Origin: Eledone cirrhosa
Lineage: Eukaryota
Length of the DNA stretch: 64,000 nucleotides
NCBI GenBank assembly: GCA_964016885.1
Contig: OZ024752.1
Span: forward strand, 40,052,001-40,116,000
Reading direction: 5' to 3'
Of this stretch, positions 63,931 through 64,000 are shown in pieces. The first letter of the stretch is position 1. Every line of letters starts with the position of its first letter. The notes under the pieces were generated by a model. That model was given only the letters and a program-made list of their open reading frames with translations. It made no database searches and was not told where the DNA came from. Made by a program: the position numbers and the translations under genes.

Positions 63931-64000
63931 AAATAAGCATCACCTGTGTGTATAACAATCTCGTCTAAAATTTTTGTTTGTGTTTAGACTTCTTAAAAAA
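63822..64000. repeat. Inverted repeat with ~70-bp arms around a TA/T core; a smaller one at 61503-61611
   Basis: AAGAAGTCTAAACACAAA...CAGGTGATGCTTATTT / AAATAAGCATCACCTG...TTTGTGTTTAGACTTCTT. Confidence 0.75.

Overview
AT-rich animal genomic DNA; the SINE/LINE families and TA microsatellite load suggest an octopod cephalopod (inference). The window holds one complete minus-strand gene, mitochondrial 2-oxoglutarate dehydrogenase E1 (OGDH), from ATG 62744 to TAA 5592. I assembled it by hand from GT-AG exons with consistent phases: 3030 nt, 1009 aa using the 37654 exon. Its N-terminal region has two paralogous 'IRGH..DPLG' exons that must be mutually exclusive, one with an SADLD Ca2+-site-like motif and one without, plus a candidate 39-nt cassette microexon. 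One widely conserved Arg is encoded as CAT (His), one A-to-I edit from CGT. Introns contain tRNA-derived SINEs, RTE LINE remnants, TTAA/piggyBac-type, hAT and Tc1/mariner MITEs, and minisatellites. The most striking non-coding signal is a set of long near-perfect palindromes inside (TA)n tracts whose arms each carry a minimal type I hammerhead ribozyme with covarying stems. They look like non-autonomous Penelope-like elements and place hammerheads on the sense strand of the OGDH pre-mRNA. Repeat boundaries are approximate.
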